Shown: positions 16,422-24,957 of the stretch, in pieces
How the letters are laid out: every line of letters begins with the position of its first letter
Position numbering within the stretch: the stretch's first letter is position 1
NCBI GenBank assembly: GCA_903928075.1
Contig: CAIYPD010000096.1
Coordinates: 71,609-135,608 of the forward strand
Reading direction: 5' to 3'
Origin: Candidatus Firestoneibacteriota bacterium
GTDB lineage: Bacteria; Oederibacteriota; D2-FULL-39-29
DNA length: 64,000 nucleotides
Translations under genes and position numbers: made by a program
Notes under the pieces: model-generated
What the model was told of the DNA's origin: nothing
Databases searched by the model: none
Seen by the model: the letters and a program-made list of their open reading frames with translations, nothing else

Positions 16422-19400
16422 TCATCTTTCGAGTGCCCCGGCGTCGCGCTTGCCGGCCGAAGTTTTACCGGTAAAATCTTTAAGAAACGGGCCGTCAAAC
16501 TCCCAGGCATAAAGTTCCTCAATACTCGTTTTGGACTCCGCAAGAGTGCTTCTACAAACCCGCAGGAAATCTATCGCGCCGCTTAGACCCTCGCCGGTTA
16601 TAAAATCCGCAGCATTAGAGAGCGGCAAATCTTTAAGCGCCTCGAGCCGGCCTTCACCTGCCGCCTTACCGTCAACATAAAAAACCGCTTTTTTTGCTTT
16701 CCGGTCCACTTCGGCTATAAGATGGTGCCAGTTGCCGTCATTAACTTTAACAGAAGAAGATATAGTAATTGCTGCTTCCCCGACCCTCAGAACAAGTCTC
16801 GGGGCCCCTCCTTCTCCCACGCTTAGCTCGTAGCCCGTCTTACCGGTTTTGGCGGCTAAAACGCCTTTTGTATGGCCGGCAGTGGTCTTGAAGATAATCT
16901 CTATCAGAAAGTTATTCAGGCCCATATCCAAAGTTTCCCGTTTAGACCCGTCATAAGCGATTTTGGCCCGGCCTCTTTCGCCGGGATATTCCATGCTCTT
17001 TGTCATTTCGGCGTGAGAGAGAGAGGCGGTCCGCGTGCCATCAAAAGTTAAAGCACCATCTATCCAATTCTCGAGCGGCCCGGCCGTGTAATCCTTTGCG
17101 GTGCAGTTTGAGACAATCAGGTCGTTGCGCGGGATAAAATAATACATACCCCGGTCAATATATTCGTCGGTCATATAAAAGCCCTCCCCGAGAACTATCT
17201 CCGGTTTAGAGTCACTCTTATAAAAGTTCCATTCGCCTGCGTTACGGGCCAGAGCCCAGGGGACAAAATATTTAACGCCGCGTTCCTTTGCCCCTGAATC
17301 AGGTGTTGGCCGGTAATCTTTCTTTGCCGGATCTATTAGAGGCGGCTCGGTAACCTGCCAGCCGACGCCGGCAAGACGGCACTTCTCGGCTTCCAGTTTA
17401 TTTTGCAGCTCCGCCAGTGTATTTCCTGTGACAACCGGCGCGCCTCTGCCTGCTCCCTGATTGCTTATCCCTGCAACGACTCCAAAGACCTTAGGATTGC
17501 CGAAGAAAACATTGCTCGCATAGGCCATAGTCGGAATCCCGGTGCGGCCCATTTCGCCCGTATCCCCGCCGCCGAGCATCGAAATATCTCCCGGGCGGTT
17601 CTGTCCGATGAATGAAGTTTTGCAGTCCAGCATCAGGTTTCCGATAATGTTGGAGCGATTGCCGGAACTGCCGTCGATAGCGTTATCAAAATGAAATATA
17701 GTATTATTAAAGAATTGATCCAGGAATCCGAAGACCATAAAATAGCCGCAATTGTTATAATAGTCCGGCTGATCCGGCTTCACTTTACCGGCTATGATAT
17801 TATTAAAAACATAGCATTTAAAACCGCCGTCCAGATAGAGGCTGTAACCGAGCTCCCGACCCAGCGTCCGGTTGCCTACACAGTTACGGGTGATGTTGTT
17901 ATAAATGTAGGTAGGGCCGCCCTGAAAATGTTCCAGCCCGCCGTAGTCGTTGCAACCGAGCATTGTATTGTCTATCTGATTATCGTAGACGAGTATCCGG
18001 GTCAGAGGCACCGTGTTGCAGCTGCCGCTGTCTTTGCCGCCAAAGGTTATAATCCCGTTGCCAAAACTGGTGTCAATAATATTCCCGGCCACTTCGCAGG
18101 TTTCAGGTAACTTCACTTCTATAGCGGGAATGGAAGTCCAGGATTTGGTGCCATGCCTGAACCCGGTATCAATAACCCGGTTACGGAGCACCTCTGTATG
18201 TTTTAGCTTGCAATAAGAAACTCCCTTAGCTCTCTCGCTTTCCCCGGTAATTAAAATAGTCCCGGCCATCTCCGCATGCTGAATGTCGTTATCACTCACT
18301 ATTATGTTATCGAGCAACTCACCGGAAGAACCGCCTTTAATAATAAACGCCGAAGGACAGGCGGTGATGGCGTTGGCGACATAGAAAAAATTACAATTTT
18401 TTACGGTAATATTCGAGCAATCATCCATTATGCGGACCGAGGGGGAAGGTTCAATAGGCCATTCGTTGGTGGCTTCGTCGGGATCATTATAGCGGAATTC
18501 CAAACCGCTTAAAACAAGGTCGTGCTGGTCCTCAATTAAAATTTGATAGCGAATCTGCGCTACTTCATAAACCACACTGTTGGGTTCAACCCCGGCCGGC
18601 GGGTAAATATAGAGGCGTCCAATATTCGGGCCGCTCCGGGTATAAAAATATTCTCCGGGAGCATCAAGGAACTTTGCAACATTTTCCAGCATAAAGTGCA
18701 CTTTGGCCCAGGGAATACGGCCAAAGCCCCAGCCATTTACGAGTGACCTTCCGGTTAGGGAGCCCGCTACAGGATTATAAGCCCAGCGCATCGCGACCTT
18801 AGTAGCCGCTCCCATCAAGAAATCATGTTCGGTCCAGAGTACCGCGCCGTTCAGCAGGTCCTTGTCTCCCAGCCCCTTAAGAGCCGGGGAGGTTAAAGTG
18901 CCGGTTTTTTTGTCAAAAGCCGTCCAGACGGGCCAGTTTTTTACGGGATTATCGGGATCGGAAAGATCGTAGTTTGGTTCGCGGGCAATTTGCAGGCGCT
19001 CAACTTTATCTCCACTCACCTGCCACATGGCTGAAAATTTGGCACTCTCCGGATCCGGGTCATAGTTCTTGGGTAAATCCAGATACCAGACCTTATTTGG
19101 ATAGGGTATTCCCGGGGCCGTCCCGGCATTGGCCCTTTTCCAGCCGCCCTTTATTTGCGTGGAGCCGTAGATAAGCGCCTTGCCCTTTCCCCATTCAGGA
19201 TCAGAGGTCAGGCGTATGGGATTATCCGGCAGGCCCGATTCTAACGCTGTTAGTGCGCCGCGGTAAATGACCCCGCCTTTAAATACATAGGTTTGAATGC
19301 CCTTGCAGGCCTTTGAGCGGTCTTCGGCATTGGCATCCCAGGGATGGTGCTTCCAGGCGGTTTCTTTGGTCCGGCCGTCCTTTAAATCATCGCCGTCTTT

Positions 19401-19643
19401 AAAATCGATGTAACGCACTGAAGCGCCTTTTTCAAAAACAAAAGACCGGGGGGCCCATTCAAGCCCGCCACTCGGAAGAACTTTAGCCTGCCGTTCCTGC
19501 CACGAAAATACCGGAGCAACTTTAGTCTTAATTTTTACTTCATCTTTCTCCTCGGCTCCAGAAAGCGGCATTTCGGAAGACAGCAGGCCGCAGAGCGTAA
19601 GGAGAAAACCAATTTTGAATCCGGTTAAGAGTTTCTTTTTCAT
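16422..19643 (-). CDS. Secreted parallel beta-helix protein with a C-terminal LamG-like domain (paralog BH2). The likely ATG start is at 19643.
   Basis: Same architecture as 336..3539. Long identical blocks (VRYIDFKDGDDLKDGRTKETAWKHHPWD, MLGCNDYGGLEHFQGGP, NDGNWHHLIAEVDR). Signal peptide MKKKLLTGFKIGFLLTLCGLLS. GGAG ribosome-binding site. Confidence 0.6.
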   Translation of the reverse strand: MKKKLLTGFKIGFLLTLCGLLSSEMPLSGAEEKDEVKIKTKVAPVFSWQERQAKVLPSGGLEWAPRSFVFEKGASVRYIDFKDGDDLKDGRTKETAWKHHPWDANAEDRSKACKGIQTYVFKGGVIYRGALTALESGLPDNPIRLTSDPEWGKGKALIYGSTQIKGGWKRANAGTAPGIPYPNKVWYLDLPKNYDPDPESAKFSAMWQVSGDKVERLQIAREPNYDLSDPDNPVKNWPVWTAFDKKTGTLTSPALKGLGDKDLLNGAVLWTEHDFLMGAATKVAMRWAYNPVAGSLTGRSLVNGWGFGRIPWAKVHFMLENVAKFLDAPGEYFYTRSGPNIGRLYIYPPAGVEPNSVVYEVAQIRYQILIEDQHDLVLSGLEFRYNDPDEATNEWPIEPSPSVRIMDDCSNITVKNCNFFYVANAITACPSAFIIKGGSSGELLDNIIVSDNDIQHAEMAGTILITGESERAKGVSYCKLKHTEVLRNRVIDTGFRHGTKSWTSIPAIEVKLPETCEVAGNIIDTSFGNGIITFGGKDSGSCNTVPLTRILVYDNQIDNTMLGCNDYGGLEHFQGGPTYIYNNITRNCVGNRTLGRELGYSLYLDGGFKCYVFNNIIAGKVKPDQPDYYNNCGYFMVFGFLDQFFNNTIFHFDNAIDGSSGNRSNIIGNLMLDCKTSFIGQNRPGDISMLGGGDTGEMGRTGIPTMAYASNVFFGNPKVFGVVAGISNQGAGRGAPVVTGNTLAELQNKLEAEKCRLAGVGWQVTEPPLIDPAKKDYRPTPDSGAKERGVKYFVPWALARNAGEWNFYKSDSKPEIVLGEGFYMTDEYIDRGMYYFIPRNDLIVSNCTAKDYTAGPLENWIDGALTFDGTRTASLSHAEMTKSMEYPGERGRAKIAYDGSKRETLDMGLNNFLIEIIFKTTAGHTKGVLAAKTGKTGYELSVGEGGAPRLVLRVGEAAITISSSVKVNDGNWHHLIAEVDRKAKKAVFYVDGKAAGEGRLEALKDLPLSNAADFITGEGLSGAIDFLRVCRSTLAESKTSIEELYAWEFDGPFLKDFTGKTSAGKRDAGALER

Positions 19644-19736
19644 ATAACTCCGTTTTATCTTCAAGCCAAAATAGGTCCGCTTACACGGTGAGAATAAAAA
19701 TCGCCGGGCAGATAATTTCACTCTAACCCGCGCTTA

Positions 19737-21263
19737 CTATTCTAACTTTATTTTCCATTCTTTTGTACTGTCATTGAGAGTAAACCTTACCCGGAAGTCA
19801 CCATAAAGGCTCTTGCCCGTCTTATCTTTTCCGTCCCACTTCATCGAACTCACCCCATACATATCTTTATACGGACTTATCGAAATAGCACCAATTTCAA
19901 AGAGTGCTGTCTTCCCGTCCCCGCTAAATAAGGCCGCCTTAACCGGACCCTTTACATTTACTTTACAGGCCAGCCGCATGGTTTCCCCTTTACTTACGGA
20001 GATATGAGAGGGAATAGCCACGGCCATTACAATTTCCGTGTTTGGATATATGGGAATATCAGGAAGCTTAACTTCTCCTGTAACATATTTTCTTTTATAT
20101 GAGGGTGCTTCTTTGCATACAACTTTATTGAAATAATCTTTCTCCAGTTCATTTCTACTGCTCTTTAACTGCGCCGTATAGATTTCCCTTATCTTTGGAT
20201 CAAAATCAGCCAGAGAAGTCCAAAGGCACCCGGCATCCACATTAGGTTTCGGTTTGGCATAGGCCGGAGTTTTCAGTACGCCGTCGGAGGCTTTAAAGTG
20301 GATATCCGTAAGGGATTTATTCCACATCCAGATATTGGTATTTACAATTTTCTTCATATCGTCTTCACTGAAAACCACGCCCGTGTGATAGGCCTCAACT
20401 AACATAGAACACTCGATAAGCTGATAACCCGGCTGGGAGTGATGTACGGCTATCCAGGAGGCAGCACTGTCGCCTTCGGGTTTAAAATCAAAAGGCGCAA
20501 GGGGTTCCCAGAAATTCCAGAAATACCGGTTCTCACTTTTTGTGTATCGCATAATCGCTTTATAGTGCCCGAAGATTTTCTCCGCCCGGTCCTTAAACAT
20601 CTGCTCGCCTGTAATCCGGTACAGTTTCAGGAAACATACGCCCATCTTGGCGTGCTTATTCAGATTTTCGCTCCATTTCTTCCCCGGAATGGCCCTGAGC
20701 TGGTTCGTGCTCTTATCAATCACAATACCCGTATTGAGATAGGAACCAAACATACCGTCTTCGTAGTAACCGCCTCTTTTATCCCATTTCTCGACCAGAG
20801 TTTTTCTGGCGAGAGCAATATACTCTTCAGCTTTCTTGCCGAGAGGAGAACTTTTTAGGGAGGCATCTTTCATCACTATCTCAGAAAAAGCAAGCATCGG
20901 GTCGATAAGATTGGCATCTCCTACTACGACGGCGCCAATTTCCGGTTCCAAACCGAAATACGGCCCTACCCAGCCCATATAACCATCGGGCTCCTTCTCC
21001 ATTTTTGATATCAGAAAATCAAAGTAATTGGCCGCCTCTTCAAGCCAACTCCGATCTTTATTATTAATATAGTAACCTTCTATAAAACCGCCGACGGCGT
21101 TGCTGGCGTGCCAGGAAAATCCTTCGCCTGACGACTTAGCAATATTGGGATTGGCCATCATTTTCGCATGAAAACCTTTTGCGGTCTCACTGAAAGCTCC
21201 CGTTGAGAAACTTAGGACTAGAGCCACACAGAAAACAAACGACAAAAATATTCTTCTCAACAC
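19737..21263 (-). CDS. Secreted protein of unknown function (family G; paralog of 60530..62044). Possibly an (alpha/alpha) polysaccharide-active domain plus a C-terminal beta-sandwich.
   Basis: GTG start with an AAGGAGA ribosome-binding site and a signal peptide. About 65% identical to the 544-aa ORF (GYMGWVGP, YYEDGMFGSYLNT, RYFWNFWEPL, KYVTGEVKLP). Confidence 0.45.
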   Translation of the reverse strand: MLRRIFLSFVFCVALVLSFSTGAFSETAKGFHAKMMANPNIAKSSGEGFSWHASNAVGGFIEGYYINNKDRSWLEEAANYFDFLISKMEKEPDGYMGWVGPYFGLEPEIGAVVVGDANLIDPMLAFSEIVMKDASLKSSPLGKKAEEYIALARKTLVEKWDKRGGYYEDGMFGSYLNTGIVIDKSTNQLRAIPGKKWSENLNKHAKMGVCFLKLYRITGEQMFKDRAEKIFGHYKAIMRYTKSENRYFWNFWEPLAPFDFKPEGDSAASWIAVHHSQPGYQLIECSMLVEAYHTGVVFSEDDMKKIVNTNIWMWNKSLTDIHFKASDGVLKTPAYAKPKPNVDAGCLWTSLADFDPKIREIYTAQLKSSRNELEKDYFNKVVCKEAPSYKRKYVTGEVKLPDIPIYPNTEIVMAVAIPSHISVSKGETMRLACKVNVKGPVKAALFSGDGKTALFEIGAISISPYKDMYGVSSMKWDGKDKTGKSLYGDFRVRFTLNDSTKEWKIKLE

Positions 21264-21487
21264 TTTCTTTCTCCTTTTATTTGAATAACTCTTAGTATTT
21301 CACGAACAGCTAATTATAGCAAATAAGATATAGTTTTTACAGGTGTAAGTGACCAAAAACCCGGCAGGGGAAATAACAGCTGAAAGGAATCTGAAATGCA
21401 ATAGCTATCATTTTTCAATTTATTTCCAATTAGTAATTTTGAGCGAAGTAGCGAAATCCGCCAACGCTTTGTGGCGGAAGGAATTCG

Positions 21488-22687
21488 CTATACTATTGCC
21501 TGATAGACGGCATCTTTTATCTGTTTGGTCAGCCCGTAACGGGGCCCGATTAATTGCATCATAACGAGGGTAACCATCTCTTCCAGGGGATCTATCCATA
21601 CTTCGGTACTCGCCGCACCGCCCCAGCCAAATTCCCCCACCGAACCTATTCCTTGTTTTTCTGAAACACTGCGGAGTACGGAAACACCCAACCCGTATCC
21701 GAATTTATAGGGTTCTATACAGGGAAGTACTGGCGGCAAGTGATCGGCTCGCATCAGTTCCACGGTCTTTCTGCCCAAAATCCGCGCGCCGTTAAACATT
21801 CCATTATTTAGAAGCATCTGGCTAAAGCGCAGATAATCAGCCGCGGTGGAGACCAGCCCGGCGCCCCCGGAAAAAAGAACGGGCTTGCGCAGGTAGTTAC
21901 GGTCTTCAGTTTTCCGCTTTATCAGGCGACCCTTTTTATCGTGGGTATAAAGCGCGGCCAGCCGGGCCTGTTTTTCTTTGGGCACAAAGAACCCGGTATC
22001 TTTCATGCCGAGCGGGCCAAAAAGGCGTTTTTCAAGAAATTTATCAAAGGTCTGCCCGGAGACAACTTCAACCAGGCGGCCCAGAATGTCATTAGAAACC
22101 GAATACTGCCATTTTTCACCGGGGTGGCTCGTAAGCGGGAGCCGGCAGATATGCTTCACGAATTTTTTTAAATTCATACCTCTTTCTTCTGCTTCGTCAA
22201 ACCCTTCATAGGTAAGTCCGCCGGTATGCGTCAGGAGATCATGAATGGTTACTTCTCGGTGGGGCGGCACGAGAATAAACGAGCCGTCAGGCTTTAGCTG
22301 TTTTACTTTCAGACCGGAAAATTCCGGCAGGAATTTTTTTACGGGTTCATCCAGAAAAAACGCCGTCTCCTCGTATAGCATAAGCACAGCGACGGCAGTC
22401 ACAGGTTTACTCATGGAGTAAAGCCTAAAGAGCGTATCTTTGGTCATGGGCTTTTTCTTAGCCGTATCTGCCAGCCCGTGGCATTCATAATGAACGATGC
22501 GATTACGCCGGGTTACGAGCGTAATGCCTCCCGCCGTTAAACCGCGGTCAATATAGCTTTGCATCACTGTGGAAACCCGCCGGAGCCTCTTCGGGCATAA
22601 ACCGTAAGCAGAAGGATCAGCGGCAGGCAAAAAACTTAACGCAGGTTCTATATTACAGTCTAAATTTTTCATATAAAATACTAACAT
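21488..22687 (-). CDS. Serine hydrolase of the beta-lactamase / PBP-like (class C / EstB) family.
   Basis: S-x-x-K active-site motif in LYSMSKPVTAVAV. Length about 400 aa. A GGAGAA ribosome-binding site. Confidence 0.55.
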   Translation of the reverse strand: MLVFYMKNLDCNIEPALSFLPAADPSAYGLCPKRLRRVSTVMQSYIDRGLTAGGITLVTRRNRIVHYECHGLADTAKKKPMTKDTLFRLYSMSKPVTAVAVLMLYEETAFFLDEPVKKFLPEFSGLKVKQLKPDGSFILVPPHREVTIHDLLTHTGGLTYEGFDEAEERGMNLKKFVKHICRLPLTSHPGEKWQYSVSNDILGRLVEVVSGQTFDKFLEKRLFGPLGMKDTGFFVPKEKQARLAALYTHDKKGRLIKRKTEDRNYLRKPVLFSGGAGLVSTAADYLRFSQMLLNNGMFNGARILGRKTVELMRADHLPPVLPCIEPYKFGYGLGVSVLRSVSEKQGIGSVGEFGWGGAASTEVWIDPLEEMVTLVMMQLIGPRYGLTKQIKDAVYQAIV

Positions 22688-22719
22688 TTCTCCTGTGATA
22701 AGTCAATTTTTAAGGCAGC

Positions 22720-23934
22720 TTACTTAACTTTTTTTCGCCCTTCAAGAAACTCTCTCAGCCGAAAGGATATTTTTACTGCGGGAAAAACAACGAATATTAA
22801 ACTTATTTTGCGCAGAAAAACACTTTTCTCAATCCTGCATGCCAAAAACGGACTTAGCCTGTAATAACCCGCCACAAATACCCGGCCGGCAGCATTTTTT
22901 AAAAGCCAATCATCTCTTAATTGCCTGAGTTCAAGGACATAGAGATGGTTAAAATCCCCCATAGTTGCAGTTGCCACATAGCAGCCTTTTTTTCCTTCCT
23001 TCCGGCCGTTCTTGTAATTACTCTCCTCGATTATCTTCCCATTTTCAGCGTACAATTTGTAAGGCCCTTCCTGTTTGCCGTCCCTAAAACCGCCTTCCTC
23101 AATTATTCTGCCGTTTTCATCGTATAACTTATAGATACCTTCTTTCTTATCGTCCCTGTAATTATTTTCTTCTTTTAATTTTCCGCTTTCGAAGTAGGTT
23201 TTCTCACCACCCTCTTTCTTGCCGTCCAGAAAAATACTCTCTTCTTTTATTTGACCGTTCGCAAAGTAAAACCTATAGCTCCCGTCCTTTTTTCCGCCCT
23301 TAAAATTGCTCTCCTCCTGAAGCTTGCCGTTTTCAAAATAAATATTATAAGGCCCTTCCTGGATGCCGTTTACCCAGCTACTCTTGCCCCAGAGAAGTCC
23401 GCTTTCATAATATCGCTTTATCGTCCCGTCCTGTTTTCCTTCTCTATAATAATTTTCCACCCGCACCTGCCCGTTTTTGTAGTATTCTTTTTTAACACCT
23501 TCCAATTTTCCGGCCCGGTAGTTACTCTCCTCCTGCAGGCCTCCCTCCTCGTAATATAATTTATGCAGCCCCTCCCGCTCCCCGTCTTTAGAATTATTTA
23601 GGACCCGCAGCTGCCCGCTTTCGTAATAAATCTTCCTTTCCTCTTCTTTCCCGTTTTTGAATAATATTTCCTCTTCTATTTTCCCGCTCTCAAAGTACAC
23701 CAGGGTCAACCCTTCTTCTTTCCCGTTCTTATAATTTATCTCTTCCTCTATCTTGCCGCTCTCATAATACACCTTTTCAACGCCTTCTTTCTTACCGGCC
23801 TTAAAATTGCTTTCCATCTCAATTTTGCCATTCTCCCGATAAGCCCTAGCAACCCCTTCGGGCACTCCGTCCTCATACTCGGCCGCAATTTTTAATTTCC
23901 CGCCCTCATAGTATGTATTTTTAATTTCTTTCAT
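22720..23934 (-). CDS. YwqK/MORN-type repeat protein with about 13 tandem 23-aa repeats and a C-terminal Cys-containing hydrophobic module.
   Basis: Repeats of the form Y(Y/F)ESGKIEEE(I/S)NYKNGK(K/E)EG. The C-terminal segment is GCYVATATMGDFNHLYVLELRQLRDDWLLKNAAGRVFVAGYYRLSPFLA followed by a hydrophobic tail. A GGGAGGTG ribosome-binding site precedes the ATG at 23934. The ORF-track N-terminal extension lacks coding character. Confidence 0.5.
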   Translation of the reverse strand: MKEIKNTYYEGGKLKIAAEYEDGVPEGVARAYRENGKIEMESNFKAGKKEGVEKVYYESGKIEEEINYKNGKEEGLTLVYFESGKIEEEILFKNGKEEERKIYYESGQLRVLNNSKDGEREGLHKLYYEEGGLQEESNYRAGKLEGVKKEYYKNGQVRVENYYREGKQDGTIKRYYESGLLWGKSSWVNGIQEGPYNIYFENGKLQEESNFKGGKKDGSYRFYFANGQIKEESIFLDGKKEGGEKTYFESGKLKEENNYRDDKKEGIYKLYDENGRIIEEGGFRDGKQEGPYKLYAENGKIIEESNYKNGRKEGKKGCYVATATMGDFNHLYVLELRQLRDDWLLKNAAGRVFVAGYYRLSPFLACRIEKSVFLRKISLIFVVFPAVKISFRLREFLEGRKKVK

Positions 23935-24093
23935 AACACCTCCCGGGAACCAATGACCATACAGCATTATTTTATACCAGCAGGCACGCCTATGCAACAG
24001 CTTAAATTCTGTTAGGTATCCAGAAAATCCATTATCAACGCTGTCATTTCTCCTTCGTGTTTTTATTAGGGAAAATTGTATTAAATTCATATG

Positions 24094-24219
24094 TGGCATC
24101 AGCCGACAGGAGATAAAAATAGTCCATAAAGGTAACCGACTTTAATATTCAAAAGCTCGCATGCCTTACGACGCTGTCATCTGTGTCATCAGCCGATAGG
24201 CGATAAACCTGTCATCGCG
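24094..24219. repeat. Repeated motif copies (GTGGCATCAGCCGACAGG ... GTCATCTGTGTCATCAGCCGATAGG ... CTGTCATCGCG) in a gene-free divergent intergenic region.
   Basis: The same ATCTGTGTCATC / CATCAGCC words recur at 40830-40900 and 50366-50494. Confidence 0.5.
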
Positions 24220-24916
24220 CGCCAGTTTCTTCGGCAAAGCGATCTCACATTATTATATTGTTAAAATACTAAAGGTATGATTGCCGCGACGATACTGCTG
24301 TCTCGCAAAGACAATATTTTTTTAGGCTAGAATTTATCAGGCAGGTATTTCTTCTGCAGAATTGTTTTATCTGTTTTCCTTATGGACCTTATCTCGCTAT
24401 GTCAACGGTAGTTGACATCTATATATCCTTCCTATCGAGAAAAGCTTTGCTTACAAACTTTACAAACCTTATTAACCTTTCTTTGCTCCCTTCCCTTAAC
24501 TATTCCTCGGATACCCTCCGCAAGACGGCTGTTGGAAGGGGCCTGAAGCGCATTTACCACAGGCAAGAGTCGAGGTCTCAAATATCCTCTGAGACTTCAG
24601 TTTCGGTCTTTCGTATTTTGGTTTTATAATTTTGATTTTTCTCATGTTGTATTTTCCTAAACTTGCAACGCATTTATCGTATCATTTTTTCCTCTTTTTT
24701 TCAAGCCCATTTTTCTCGGCCCCCCTTACCCATACTTGCGTTTCCTATTATTTTTTCAATGCTTTATTCTTTTATTAAAACTCTATCCCCTTGAGTGCCG
24801 GCAAATCCTTAAGCTCTTTTTTGGGTTCATATTTTTACTTTCTACAGTTAAATTTATGATTCCTTCCCCTCTTTTTTATGTCATAATAATACCGCATGAT
24901 TTTACGGTTCCGAAAA

Positions 24917-24933
24917 ACCGGTGATTTTACCGG
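24917..24933. promoter_or_regulatory. Palindrome ACCGGTgattttACCGG about 25 nt upstream of the glycosidase start codon; candidate operator.
   Basis: Inverted repeat CCGGT / ACCGG visible in the sequence. Confidence 0.2.
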
Positions 24934-24957
24934 AAATATTTTCCCCGGGAGCTTTTT

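Noticed and set aside
24399-24924. Small ORFs (76 and 62 aa) in the 850-bp intergenic region.
   Set aside because: No ribosome-binding sites, odd composition (Leu/Phe-rich from an AT-rich sequence), and no conservation signal. They are more likely non-coding regulatory DNA.
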